A DNA stretch of 64,000 nt from Camelus ferus. Its lineage: Eukaryota. A model generated the notes under the pieces. That model worked only from the letters and a program-made list of their open reading frames with translations. It was not told where the DNA came from and searched no databases. Where the stretch lies: the NCBI RefSeq assembly GCF_009834535.1, contig NC_045696.1, positions 66,342,001-66,406,000 of the forward strand. The letters run 5' to 3'. Position numbers and translations under genes: made by a program. The number at the start of each line of letters is the position of its first letter. Positions within the stretch are counted from its first letter, which is position 1. Positions 26,087 to 37,673 of this stretch are shown in pieces.

Positions 26087-26839
26087 CTCAGTGTTACATT
26101 AAGGAAATTAAAAGTAAAATATCATAATCTGACCTTGATTCATGATGATCAAGTTCGTGGGGTGTTTCTAGCATCTCTAATATTTAAAATGAAACCTGTC
26201 CCCACACAGGACAAAAGCAAAGGGATTAAAGTAAGTGAACAGTCCTTTACCAACTTGCTTCAAAGTAAATCTTTATGATTCAAAGAGCAGATTTTATGGC
26301 AAAATTCCATCTTTTTTTTTTTTTTCTTCCTCTTTTCTGAAAAGATAGATCTGTTAGGCAGGGAGCTGAGGGGAGGGCCTAAGGGGGAAATTTATGTCCA
26401 CATAAGACAGAGACTTAATACAAGCCTTGAACTAAGGATTTTCCCACCTAACCCTCTGAAGAGCCATGTGATTGCAGTCGTTTGGTACCACATCTCCATC
26501 CTCTGTCTGCTCTTGGTTCACCCCTTCTCAGAAAGAGCCCTTCAGCCTTTAGCCCCAGCCAAGGACGCTACACAGGGCTCGAGAGCAAAACTCTCCAGGG
26601 CTGGGAGGTGGAGCCTAGAAATCTCATCTGAAGCTCGCATCCCTTTCATTGCTGCCTTTTCGATTTCTGAACCCAAAATTATATCTGCCTACTAGATACC
26701 CCGTCACTGTGCTTCAACTAGGACTCTAAGTGGGATTCTAAAAGAATCAAGGCAAGACAAACAGTCTTTCTGAACAAATGTGAGAATCATTTGTAAATGG
26801 CAAGGTTAGCAAATTAAATATATCTGTTCTGCTTTAAAT

Positions 26840-27062
26840 AATAATAACCACCATTTCATGTACTTACTGTACACTAATTACGTTCTAAGTAGTGCACACA
26901 TGTTAACTTGCTTAATCATCACAACACGATGAAGTAAGCGTTTACTTTTTCATCTGAAAGAGGGAAACTCTCAAGTTCAAATATGTTGTATACATTTTCC
27001 AGAGTTACTCTGCTAGTGAGTGACAAAATCAAGATTCAAAAGGTTCGTGCTTTTAACCACTT
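26840..27062 (-). mobile_element. MIR SINE
   Basis: taatcatcacaacac...gagggaaact...gttactctgctagtgagtg...gcttttaaccac. Confidence 0.65.
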
Positions 27063-27769
27063 GCACCTCGTGACTTTCTCAAAACCTCCAGAGAGCTTCA
27101 AGGGACTACTGTAAGCAGCAGTTATGACAGGCAAGCACCAATGGCTTTTTAGTGACTTTCATGACCTAATACCAGAATTCGTGTCCCGTTTTGCCATTTG
27201 CACTCCGATCCCTCTCTCAAGCCCTCAGTAATGACACAGCTGATTGTTCACTTAGAGGTGTGTTCGTCCATTCTGCTTTGACAACCCGAGAAGCCCTGGA
27301 GAGTCAGCATTAACATGCACCGTCACTCAGTGCAACATTTACCTCCGCCAGCCCTCCGTCCTCTCATCATTCACCGTTTCTGAGAATTTGCCACGCTGCC
27401 CCTTGGGACGCCGTTTCTTTGTCTATACTCTCTTCTACTGCTCTTATTCTCACCTTTGCTTTCATCTCTCTGTGGATCTCTTGTACTAATTCCTGGTTCT
27501 CAGGATCGTGGCTGAGCCCAAGCATCAGTCACATAGGAGGGAGCCAGCAGGCTGCTTGCTCTTTTCACCCGTACTTGCTTCCTCGGCAGCAACACCGCCC
27601 CTGCATGACTCTGCAGCCCCCAGGAGATTGAGACGGGACACGAAGGAGCGGGAGGGCAGTCACAGTGCGGAACATCTCCCTGGAGGGAGAAACACATGAA
27701 TAGGGTGCCTAATTCCCAAAAGCCAAAGATTCTCAGAAGATTTGGTTCACAAGCGCACTCCCGTAGGAC

Positions 27770-27965
27770 AGCGCTTAAAGGCACGCGCTCCGGGGTCAAA
27801 GTGGATAGCCTGGAATCCCAGCGCTGCTGTTTACCAAATTCGATCCTGGGTAGGTGATCTGACATCTGTGTCTCTGTCGCCTTCACCCAGGAGATGGTGC
27901 ATGTAAACCTCAGGGCTCAGCACCTGGCGATGACAGCACGTCCCCACCAGCGTCAGTTATCACTA
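27770..27965 (+). mobile_element. MIR SINE
   Basis: cttaaaggcacgcgctccggggtca...gaatcccagc...gcatgtaaa...cagcacctggc. Confidence 0.6.
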
Positions 27966-29056
27966 CTCAGCATCACAAAGCGTTACACTAGGGTGACCTT
28001 TTAGACGTCGACCCCTCACTTTCATTGATAGGGAAGCTGAGAGAGAGAAAGGAAGAGATCTGGCTGAGTTACACAGCTAATGTTCCTCCTCACCAGGCCA
28101 GGACATGTGATGCACTATCATGGCCTTTCTAGAAACTTCTTGTTGCCTCTCTTACTTATGCTTCATATACTAAAGGCCAGTGTCTGTAAGTTGTTTTTCC
28201 TTTTGAGCTGATGGATTTCTGCTAAGCCATTATCTCACCTCTCTGCCCTGAGAGAAGGACAGAAAACCAGACAGGATTTGGGATGTCAGAGATCACCGCG
28301 GCGTAAACAGCATGTACAGAGGCGCTGTGGGTGGTGAGGTAATCAACCTCATACAGACCTGGAAGGGAAAAAACAAAAACACGGGGCCAGACTCACCACA
28401 GAGTTCATCCCTCTAACTCCCTGAGTTAATAGATTGATAAAAACAGGTCGTAATGTAGCTTAAAAGGGCCTGTGCCCAAAAGTATTCACTGAACTCAAAT
28501 CTTGTCTTCATTAAACCAATCTGAACAACCAAGAAACATCTAAAAATATTTATAATTCGGAACTGACTGGAACAAAAAAGATAAGACCTGTTTGCCTCAC
28601 ATGGTAGTGGTCTAGTCCCACAGCAGATTCTGGGTGCCTCCTCTGAGCTCAACAGTCCTGGGGTGTAAATAAATCAGATGTGATTTATTTACACACCCAC
28701 AGCTCTTCATCTTCATGTGTGGACGGAGATGTATCCAGAGCCACAGAACATCCATCTGGACTTAGAAAGGATTACTAACTGCGGGTCCAGACTCTGAGGA
28801 CTCATCCTGGGTGTGGTCCTGACCTCCAGAGCTGCCTGAGACCCTCCTGGGGGAGGCTTCCAGATAAGGGATGGCACCCCCTTGTTTTAACCTTGCTTAC
28901 ACCAAAGTAAATCTCATCAATCAGTTCATGTATGACCCTCTTCATCGCTCATCTCCAAATCTCCATGCAGACCTATCCTTTGGATTTAAACCTTCAAAAG
29001 GTATCTGGAGATAGCCAGGCGGAAGAGTGGGTGGTCGGGTTTGGGGGGGGAGGTTG

Positions 29057-29200
29057 TTTTTTTGCTTCTTTGTAACTTTATTCAGGGCAGTTTTAAGTTC
29101 ACAGGAAAACTGAACAGAAGGTACAGAGACTCCCTTACACCCTCTGCCCCATCAGGTGCAGGGCCTCCTCCTTTACCAACATCCCTTTAATGGTAGAGTT
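29057..29200 (-). mobile_element. Old L1 3'-end fragment (L1MC-like)
   Basis: gcagttttaagttcacaggaaaactgaacagaaggtacagaga...ccctctgcccc. Confidence 0.65.
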
Positions 29201-29229
29201 CTTTCACTCCACTCACTCACACCCTGAAC

Positions 29230-29305
29230 TTTTTTTCTTTTCTTTTCTTTTCTTTTCTTTTCTTTTCTTTTCTTTTCTTTTTCTTTTCTTTTCTTCTTTT
29301 CTTTT
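29230..29305. repeat. (TTTTC)n simple repeat
   Basis: Direct reading. Confidence 0.9.
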
Positions 29306-30543
29306 ACTGTTCTCTCCTTGTTACAAACTGGCAGCTGCCATAGTAAACATTGGAGCATATCTTGGTTTTTCCTTAGCATGTTCACTTCTGCCTCTGAGGT
29401 GGTTCTTTTTTACTAAAACCATAGAAGCCTCTCCTCCCACCACACTCACACCACACACACAAAGCAGTTGGGAAAACATTTTAATTATTCCAAACCGCAA
29501 TCCCTAAGGTAAATTTCTGAGTAACTACAAAGAAGGAAGCTCTAGAGACGCATAGAGGGAAACTAAAAAGTGAACTAGACCAAAACCTGGCCAAAGCCAG
29601 ACACTGCAAAAACAGCCAGAAACTGGACTTCCTAAATCTGGCCCAGGCTCTTTTCTACTTGGTGGGGGGGTGGGGAGGAGCGGTGCTTTTTAGATGTTGT
29701 CACATTTGATGAATAGCATCTAATAATTCATTTGTAACACACTTTTAGGGGTGTGTGGGGCCCACTGGCCAGGTCTCTCTGAGAATGAATCACTGCTTTA
29801 AGACAAACTGCTGTGGGGAAGAGGCTGGGATGTGTGTGTGTGTGTCTGTGTGTGTGTGTGTAGGGGTGGGTGTAGGGGTGGGTGAGGGTAGGCTGCATTT
29901 TCATAAGGATGATAATAGATTAAAAGACATAGATTTCAGTCAAGCTGAGATGTAGTAGGAAGCAAAGTAGACTGAGAACCAAATACTGGACATGCTACTA
30001 ACCTGCTGTGTGATCTTATGAAAATCGTGTTTACTCTCTGGGTCTCAGTTCCCTTAATCTATAAAGTGTAAAGATTTTTTACAGCCCTGGCAAAAATATA
30101 TGATTCTACCAGAGACCCTGAAGGGAAGAAGGGGACAGAGGGAGGAAAAAGGAGAAACGGGGCGGGAAACCGGGAGGGAAGTATGTGTGAGGGAAGGAAG
30201 AAGAGTGGACAGAGGTAGGAAATACCTTTTAATCAGATGGTGAAAAAAAGTTGAAAATGAAACCGTGCGTTTCTTGAGGGCTCGAGTTTTCATCTTTAGG
30301 CATTTTTAGTGTTTAGCCTTACACAGTAATTTGGGGATCAATGTAGACTGAATGAAGGAAAGCCTGGGAAGGTTCACGGAGGAAAGAGCGAAGGGAGGAG
30401 AGAGAGGAAGCGAGCACAATGGTACTCTGCAGACCTGATCCTCCCCCAGCTGTTCCCCCGCCGCGGGCGGGACCTTCCCGCCGCGGCGCGTGGACCGGAG
30501 CGGGCTCCCGCGCTCGCTCTCGCTTCCCGGGGAGCCGCCCTGA

Positions 30544-30561
30544 GGCCGCCAGGGGGCGCTG
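30544..30561 (+). promoter_or_regulatory. CTCF consensus motif
   Basis: GGCCGCCAGGGGGCGCTG versus consensus GGCCACCAGGGGGCGCTA. Confidence 0.65.
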
Positions 30562-30604
30562 CTCTGAGGCAGCCGGGCCGTGCCCGGCGAGGGGGTGGAG
30601 CTGC

Positions 30605-30610
30605 TTTAAA
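30605..30610 (+). promoter_or_regulatory. CLDN1: TATA-like TTTAAA; putative TSS ~30633
   Basis: AT hexamer inside the island ~28 nt before an Inr-like TCTCAGT; similar to the recalled human CLDN1 5' end. Confidence 0.6.
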
Positions 30611-30793
30611 TCGCCGCGCCCTTCGGGTCCGCATCTCAGTCCTGGCCCGGGAGCAGCTAAAGCTTCTCGACTCTCGACTCTGGTGCCGACCCGGACCCGG
30701 ACCCAGAGTTTCTCCAGCGGCGGCGCAGGGAGCAGGGCTCCGCGAGATAACTTCCTCGGCGCCGCTCCGCTATCCCCGGGAGTCCTCCGTGCG

Positions 30794-30821
30794 CACCTGC
30801 CAACTCCGCCCTGTGCACCTG
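30794..30821 (+). promoter_or_regulatory. CLDN1: Two CACCTG E-boxes (Snail/Slug/ZEB type) in the 5'UTR
   Basis: CACCTG at 30794-30799 and 30816-30821; SNAI-family repression of claudin-1 through E-boxes is established. Confidence 0.7.
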
Positions 30822-30855
30822 CCGCCCCTGAGCCTGCGCGGGCGCCAAGCGAACC

Positions 30856-31078
30856 ATGGCCAACGCGGGGCTGCAGCTGCTGGGCTTCATCCTGGCCTTC
30901 CTGGGCTGGATCGGCGCCATCGTCAGCACGGCGCTGCCCCAGTGGAAGATTTACTCCTACGCCAGCGACAACATCGTAACAGCCCAGGCCATCTACGAGG
31001 GACTGTGGATGTCCTGCGTGTCGCAGAGCACCGGGCAGATCCAGTGCAAAGTCTTCGACTCCTTGCTGAATCTACACA
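30856..31078 (+). CDS. CLDN1: Claudin-1 coding exon 1 (223 nt)
   Basis: ACCATGG Kozak; [18 protein letters not shown]...W30...GLWMSC...C64 claudin signature; donor A|GTAAGT. Confidence 0.99.
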
Positions 31079-32266
31079 GTAAGTGCATTCCCCACTCCCA
31101 CGGCTGTGACCCAGGGACCCCAACCCCTCAGTGGCTTCACTTTGGGACTAGTGGCTAACAGCCAATTCGTTGTGTGATGACATGGCTGTAAACCTTACGT
31201 GGATCAAGTCTATTGATCGTGTGCTCTGTCCCGAGGAAGCGGAGGGGACCGTGGTTTGGGGAAAGGGCAGCCCAGTCCTAAGGTTTTCTCGAGCTCCCTG
31301 GGTGACGCTCGGCTCCTCGGTGTGTGGTTTCATCTGACATGTCCATGGGGATGGGGTGACAAGTGAGCAAGTGAAGGCCATACTTGAACTTGAGCTCTTA
31401 GGCCTCCCTTGGACTGTCTAAGATTCTGTGTCAATTGTAGTGTTGGGATGAGATTATGCTATGCCTTGGAAAGTCCGGAGCTTGGTAGCTTGTCAAGTTT
31501 GTAAAATTAAATAGATAATCCCAAAGTTACTAGATACGTTTTTTACTCTGTCTTTACTATCAGTTTTCATAGGGAAAATTCACCTTCCTACATGGAATTT
31601 CCCAACCTAGTGTCTTCAACTCACACTTGAGTCTGAATCTTTTGATTCTCTTGAATTTTAAGATCCAGTAAGTGTGGGGGAGGCCCCTATACATCTCCTT
31701 TTGTGACTCCTTGAAGAAGCCTCTTAAGATTCCCCAGAAGAGTTTAGCTTTAAAGCCAGGGGTTTTCAGAGGAGACAGACTGTGTAGTGCTATTTTAGAA
31801 AGTGAAGATTGGTGGCAGGTAAAAAAAGGATGACAAGAAAGAAAAGTTCTAGATGACCTCCCTTCATAATATGAAGGGGTGAGTGAAAGCACTGGAGACA
31901 AATGCCTCAGCTGATGAGTGCAGAGGTCAGGAGAGAGAGGGCAGGTCTTCTCAAGTCTCTTTCTTCTGGAAAGGAGTTTCTGTGCGGCAGGTGCTAGCTT
32001 ACCTCTGTCACGTTGGAAAGGATTATATAGAAAGAAATAGTCCTAAGGATGGATGGGGGGGAGAAGGATGACAGGATGGCATTTTTTCCTTTTATTATTT
32101 TTTTTTAAATAAAAGCTTTTGAGTGTCTTGTCAAAAACTCATTAAATTCCCACTTACTTGAGTAATAACAATTCGTGGCTAGAGTATCTTCTTTGAGCTA
32201 TTACGTTAGTTGTCCTGAACCTTGTGTCTGTCATGCTCTTGAACTAACTTGAAGAAAAGCTTCCTA

Positions 32267-32431
32267 GGGAGGAAGGTATAGCTCAGTGGTAGAGTGCCTG
32301 CCTAACATGTGCAAAGTCCTGGGTTCAATCCCCAGTACCTCCACCAATAACCAAAAAAAAAAAGGAAAAAAAATAAATAAAATAAAATACTTATAAATAA
32401 ACCTAATTACCTCCCCACTTCAACAACAACA
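32267..32431 (+). mobile_element. tRNA-derived SINE, vic-1-like (camelid), in intron 1
   Basis: A box TAGCTCAGTGG, B box GGTTCAATCCC, A-rich tail with acctaattacctcccc, TSD aaaagcttcct/aaaaacttcct. Confidence 0.85.
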
Positions 32432-35400
32432 AAAAACTTCCTTAGTCTTCACCTAGATGAACAAGCCGCCCAGCAGCCCCTTTATGTGCTGACGGCGAGC
32501 AGTGTTGTCACCCCTCAGGTTTACTTCACTTGCTTTGTCTGTTTCCTGCATGTGGTTTTGTCAAAAGCCACACACTTTAGTTATTAAATCTGTTGCAATC
32601 TGTTGAACCCTCTTGAGTATCTGTGGAATTTGGTTAGTCAATGTACACATGGTGGTTTTTAGCGTTGTCATTTCAGCTTTTCGAAGTTCCCATGTTAGGA
32701 TTCCTTGATGCCAAATATAAGGAGTATATTAGGCATTCTCCTTTATATAATCATTGAATCCCCCTGTGGAAAGATAAATAGATGTAAAAATTATGTCAGG
32801 CGTTTGGGGTGTCATATTGAGGGACTGGCAGATGGAAATGGTTCTAAGGGCAATTCCAGAGAGGTCTCTGATTTCTCTGAGCTAAATAGTTCATCTTCAA
32901 CATGTTTAAATAGGTGTCCTTTTGACTTCCTTAAATGACCAGATGAAATCAGACTGATCCATGTTGTAAATACTCAGACAGGTCATCCCTACTCATGATG
33001 TGTTAAATGTTTTATTTTCACTTAATTTTAGTTAATATAGCTCTTACAGTTTTTAAAGCTGTGGTGGAATAACTAAATAGTACCTCCCTTTTCCCCCCGT
33101 ACACATTTTGGAAATTTATTCTTAATGAATTTTTTTAACTCCAAATCAAATTCTTCTTTTCTTTTTGGCTAAAGCCAGGGTTCATCCAAGGTGGGGCTGA
33201 GGCTCTCCTCTCAAAACTGATTCCCAAAAGAGGGAGCCTTGACTCACATGTACCCTCCCCAACCTGCCAGTGACTCACTAGATGCCTTTGGATGGAGCCC
33301 AGAGAACCTACCTGTCTCCCTTTCTCCACCTGGACAGCTGTGCTCACGCCCACATGATGCAGAGACCCAGAGAGGTGAATCATTGGTTGGTTTTGGTTTA
33401 GTTCTGTGACATCTAGAGGTGAATAGGATTAGCTGTACATATAAGTACTGTTCCTTGTAAAAGGCTGCATTCTACAAAGTACTTTTAGGTGAATAGCTTA
33501 GTTAGAAGTTTCTTGAAATTGTGTCTTGTTCTCTTTGCCAGTGGAGCCCACTTGACAACTTAGGGCCGAGCTTCCAAGATTTGTCAAGGTTGTAGCACTA
33601 GCCGTGTTAAAAGCCCTTGTTCCCCTGCTCTAACTAATGTCAGCTAAAAAAAAGGCACATGACGGGCGTCTAAAGGGATGCAGTGTACTGACACCAATAT
33701 AAACTTCTCTTAGGTGGTTCTTGCAGAGCAGTTTTTGAAAATACAAGGGAGGAACTGCCTGGGGAAACTGTCTATTGTGGTTTTACTACGGCCGAGACAA
33801 TAAAGACACTTCTATCCAAGTATGTGATGTTTATTGACATTGATGACTCCTGCAGCTGCTGGTTGGAATATCCAAAAAAGAGTGCCAGACTGAGTTGCAG
33901 TAGACTTTTCTTGATTAAACTGTACGTCTTGCCTTGTTTTGATCCAGTTCTCAAACTTTTGGCAAGCTAGTGCCTATTTTATGTGCTTAGTTAATTGCTT
34001 CTTCTGGCTTGACTTTAATGGCTAGAGCTGTCCAAACATTGGGTTGCATGGTGGGAGGTGTACAAGCAGAGAAATAAGTAAGCATTCTGAAGGAATGTTG
34101 TAGGGAAAATCCAAGCCCCAGACAAATGGGAGGTTAAGCCAGAGTCTCTCTAAGTCTCATCTAACCTTAGGATTCTGTAATTTGTTTGTAAGCTCCTCTA
34201 GCCTGTTCAACTCGCTTTGCATGAATCCACATGTGTGTAGGTGTGCTTTAATGAGTACTGGTTGTCAGTGAAGTTTCCCAGCACTCTCACCATGATGTCA
34301 GCTCACTCAAAGAGACAAAAATCACTGACTTGTACAGTCTTTGAAGCATAGGCAGAGAGGAGGGCACCCACTTACACTTCCCTGTTAAACCAAGGGTGTT
34401 CAAGGGGCCACTGGTGTTCAGAACTGTTTTAAGCATTAGTTCTGACTCTGGGAATGATGAAAGTCAAAACCCAAACTCAGGCTTGAGATCAGAAGTTCTC
34501 AGTTCTTACTCTGGTTTTGCACTAACTAGCCATGTGTGTCATGGTGAGCCACTCAGTCTCTCTGGGCTGTAGTTTCCCCACTTACAAAATAGAGCAGAGT
34601 GGGAGGACTGGGGAGGTGAATCCATGATTCATTCATCCATTCAACAAGCATGAGCCAGGCCCTATCCTTGCTTCTCGGGATGCAGCTCAGATGATTGATA
34701 AGGTGCCAAGGTTGATTCCTTCCAGTGCAAACATTCTTTGTTATAACTCCAGTGATGGAAGGAAAACAGGCAAGTGGCATAGTTTAGGTTTCCTTGATGG
34801 GAGTGATGAGTAAGTAGCATAGAAGGAACAAAGAAGAATACATTTAATCATGAGACAGTTCCTCTAAGAAACAAAAGACGAGAGCAAGACTGCTCGGGAC
34901 ATCCAGAAAAGTGCTAAGTCCTGCCTCATCCCCGACACTTCAGTTACCGACTCCGCTGGTGTCCTGAGGTCACACCCAGTGGCCACCAGTTCATGCATCC
35001 ATAAAATGGAAATACTAACAATGAGGACTCTTGAGAAGCTTTGAACTTGAGTAAAAGTGAAATATTTAATAAGTGAAAAAGCTGAGAGTATAGTTCTGAC
35101 ACTCTGTGATGAGCTCATTTAAATGCAGAGGAGAAAAAGAGGGTTTTTGCTCTAGTCATGCAGTGGGTAGTCCATTTATTTGCCTAATACTTACTAAGCA
35201 ACTACTGATGCAAAGAGGGACTATGTGAAGATGCAGATATAATTAAAATCGACCTTGATTGTGATACAGAGCCCAGAAGGTAATGATGGAGTAGTGTGGC
35301 TAGTAAATGGCTTGAACAATGTCAGGTATTTAAAGGCGATTCTGCTGCTTGTATAGTAAGACTTCAGAAAAAAAAAAAAAAAAAAAAACTTCAGAAAAAA

Positions 35401-37562
35401 CAATCCACTGACTTGTCTATGCTTGTCTTTCTACACTTATGTTGATTACCCTCACTGGAGTAGGTCAGTAACTTCTAACTCATTTCTTGTCTTATAAGTA
35501 GAGATCTTTGTAAGAATGTTTTCAAATTGTACTTTCAAGTTGCAAGTGGCAAGAACTCCTTAGGGAGTCTTTAATCTCAAGATTATCATTCTAGCTAAGT
35601 ATAATTAAAAGACTGCCTTCTCGCTGTACTGCTGAGTAATGATGAGAAACAGTAGTGTAACTTTCTGAATGTTTGCTAACCATGTTCTCCACGGACAATT
35701 TTAGTCAGTGGTAATAATATTGTAGAGGTATCTGCAAATTAATGGGCCAGAAAGGAGCATATTTGCTTCTAGGATTTGATCCAATCAGACCAGCTCAGAG
35801 TTAACAGCTGAAGGCTATATCTCTCTGGTCTAAAATATTTTGTAGTTTTCAAACATTTCTCAATTTATCTGCCCTGACAATTACTGTTCTACCTGGAAAA
35901 TTTTATCTTATAAAATTAGATGCATAATTTAAGATTTTAGAAAAAAATGAAAAAACAGATTGGGTTCAACTAAAAGTCTGAACTTTATTTCTCCCCAGGT
36001 GAATTTCTAGCTTTTAATGATCTAAACTAAGTCTGGTTTTAGGTAGCAAATTTTTATTATTCTTAGGCTTCCTAGGCAGGTGTTTCTCAGTATTATTTCA
36101 AAGATTAAGCTTAACACAAGAGAGTATTTTTACCTATCGTATTAGTAGAATTTTTTAAAGGAAAAAACCTGCTCGAATTTAAATTCATGGAACACAGATC
36201 AAATAATCCAGGAAGCTTGCCAGGCACGGTTCTTAGTGCTGTGGCTGGAAACATGAACAAGTACTTGGCCCACGTCATCAAGGAGCTCACAATTACATAT
36301 CCTAGATCTCTGACTTCGAAGGCTTCCATAAGACCTTAATGTGAAGGATTCATCTGGTTCCAGCTTAAGACTGTGCAATTTACATTCTATCCACACATTA
36401 AATTCTCGTTACTGTAACACAACACTTGCTTACTTGCAGTTGCAATCCACTGTTACATATATGCCCAACTAGTGAGTTTTCATACCGTTAGGATTCTCAG
36501 CCTGGTTTTTTTTTTTTTTTTTTTTTGTATTTTTACATTTTCCCTCCACATATCACTATAGTTAAGAATTCACCCAAATAGTTCCAGTGATGCAAGATGA
36601 GACTTTGTGTTTGATCCCCATCTAGTATTGTAAACTTGTAAGACATTTCCTAAGCCAATGGATGCCAGGATATAAATGAAAAAATATTGCTTTGCAGGAA
36701 GAGAATTATTGCTTTATCAGATTTTTAAAAATGAAACATGATCCCCTTGCTCTATATAGTTTGTATAATTCCTAAGTATAGGGGTTTTCCCCCCATTTGC
36801 CCCATTATTTTGTGTGTACTATGCAAATGATACATTATCCCATAAAGAAAGAAAACATACTATAGTTTGTAGCCAACAGATCAAATTATCTGTTCCCTCC
36901 TCCTTAGAAACTTTGTAGAAATCGTGGGAAGAGTAAAATGGGTATGGCATGGAACTCAATGTGTTTCCTTTGAGCACTGGAAGGGGAACACACTTAGAGA
37001 TGGGGACTGTCGGGGTGAGCTCACTCCAGGCGAGTGCAGGTGGAGCCCTAGAGGGGTGGATCCGCGTGTGCTCCCTGCCCGCGTGGTTTTACACACGGCT
37101 GACTCAGGAGGTTGAGGCCAGCAGACTCCTTGCGATCGGAGTGCTCAGACCTGCTGGGCTGGTGGCCTGCTGTTCTTACGTGAAGTACAGATCAGAAAGA
37201 TTATTATTGAAGCTGAGTCTGGTTTGGGGCCCTCCAACTCCAACAAAGTGGAAAACTTGGAGGTCAACAGAGAAAGCAACAAAAAGTGATGAATAAAGGG
37301 TTGGAAAAGTGAGCTTTATGGGTAAACAAAGCAGAAGGTGGTTGAGAGATGTAAGAGGCTATACATATTTAAAGGGCTGTCATAGGAAGACAGCATAAAA
37401 ATCCTCTCTCCCCTTCTTTAAGAGTCTCCAATGACTTCTGATTACGTTTAGAATAAATTCCAAACCCCTACCCCCAGCTTGCAAGGCCCTACATGATAGA
37501 TGCCTTCTGCCTACCTTGCTAAACCCACCTCTTCTTACTTTCCACATCCTATCGTCCTCTAG

Positions 37563-37673
37563 TAGAGTGATTAGTGACCCCAGTTTGTCCGGGATTGAGG
37601 GCCTTCTCAGGAGGCAGGACTCATAGTTTTAATACTGAGAGAGTCCCAGGCAAACGGACAAGTGATCACCCTT
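37563..37673. mobile_element. MER81-like hAT MITE inside an L2 fragment (~37400-37750)
   Basis: Terminal inverted ends tagagtgat...atcaccctta; internal gtttgtccggga and gtcccaggcaaac. Confidence 0.7.

Larger units (their letters stand above)
30455..31110. promoter_or_regulatory. CLDN1: CpG island / CLDN1 promoter and exon 1
   Basis: Dense CpG and very high GC against an AT-rich background; GC box GGGCGG at ~30465; spans the start codon. Confidence 0.92.

Noticed and set aside
30964..30966. Ser37 (Gly in human) as a lineage-specific change
   Set aside because: I recall Ser at this position in cattle too, and it is a simple CpG transition.
30419..30979. 186-aa ORF overlapping the promoter and exon 1 (and other ORFs in the island)
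   Set aside because: Pro/Arg/Ala-rich by-product of stop-poor GC-rich DNA; starts upstream of the likely TSS and is out of frame with CLDN1.
30856..31158. 100-aa ORF as a single-exon short claudin
   Set aside because: Exon 1 reading through a consensus GTAAGT donor; claudin similarity stops at 31078.
32270..32345. tRNA gene
   Set aside because: Has A/B boxes but also an A-rich tail, TSDs and a second related copy at 47037-47150; it is a SINE.
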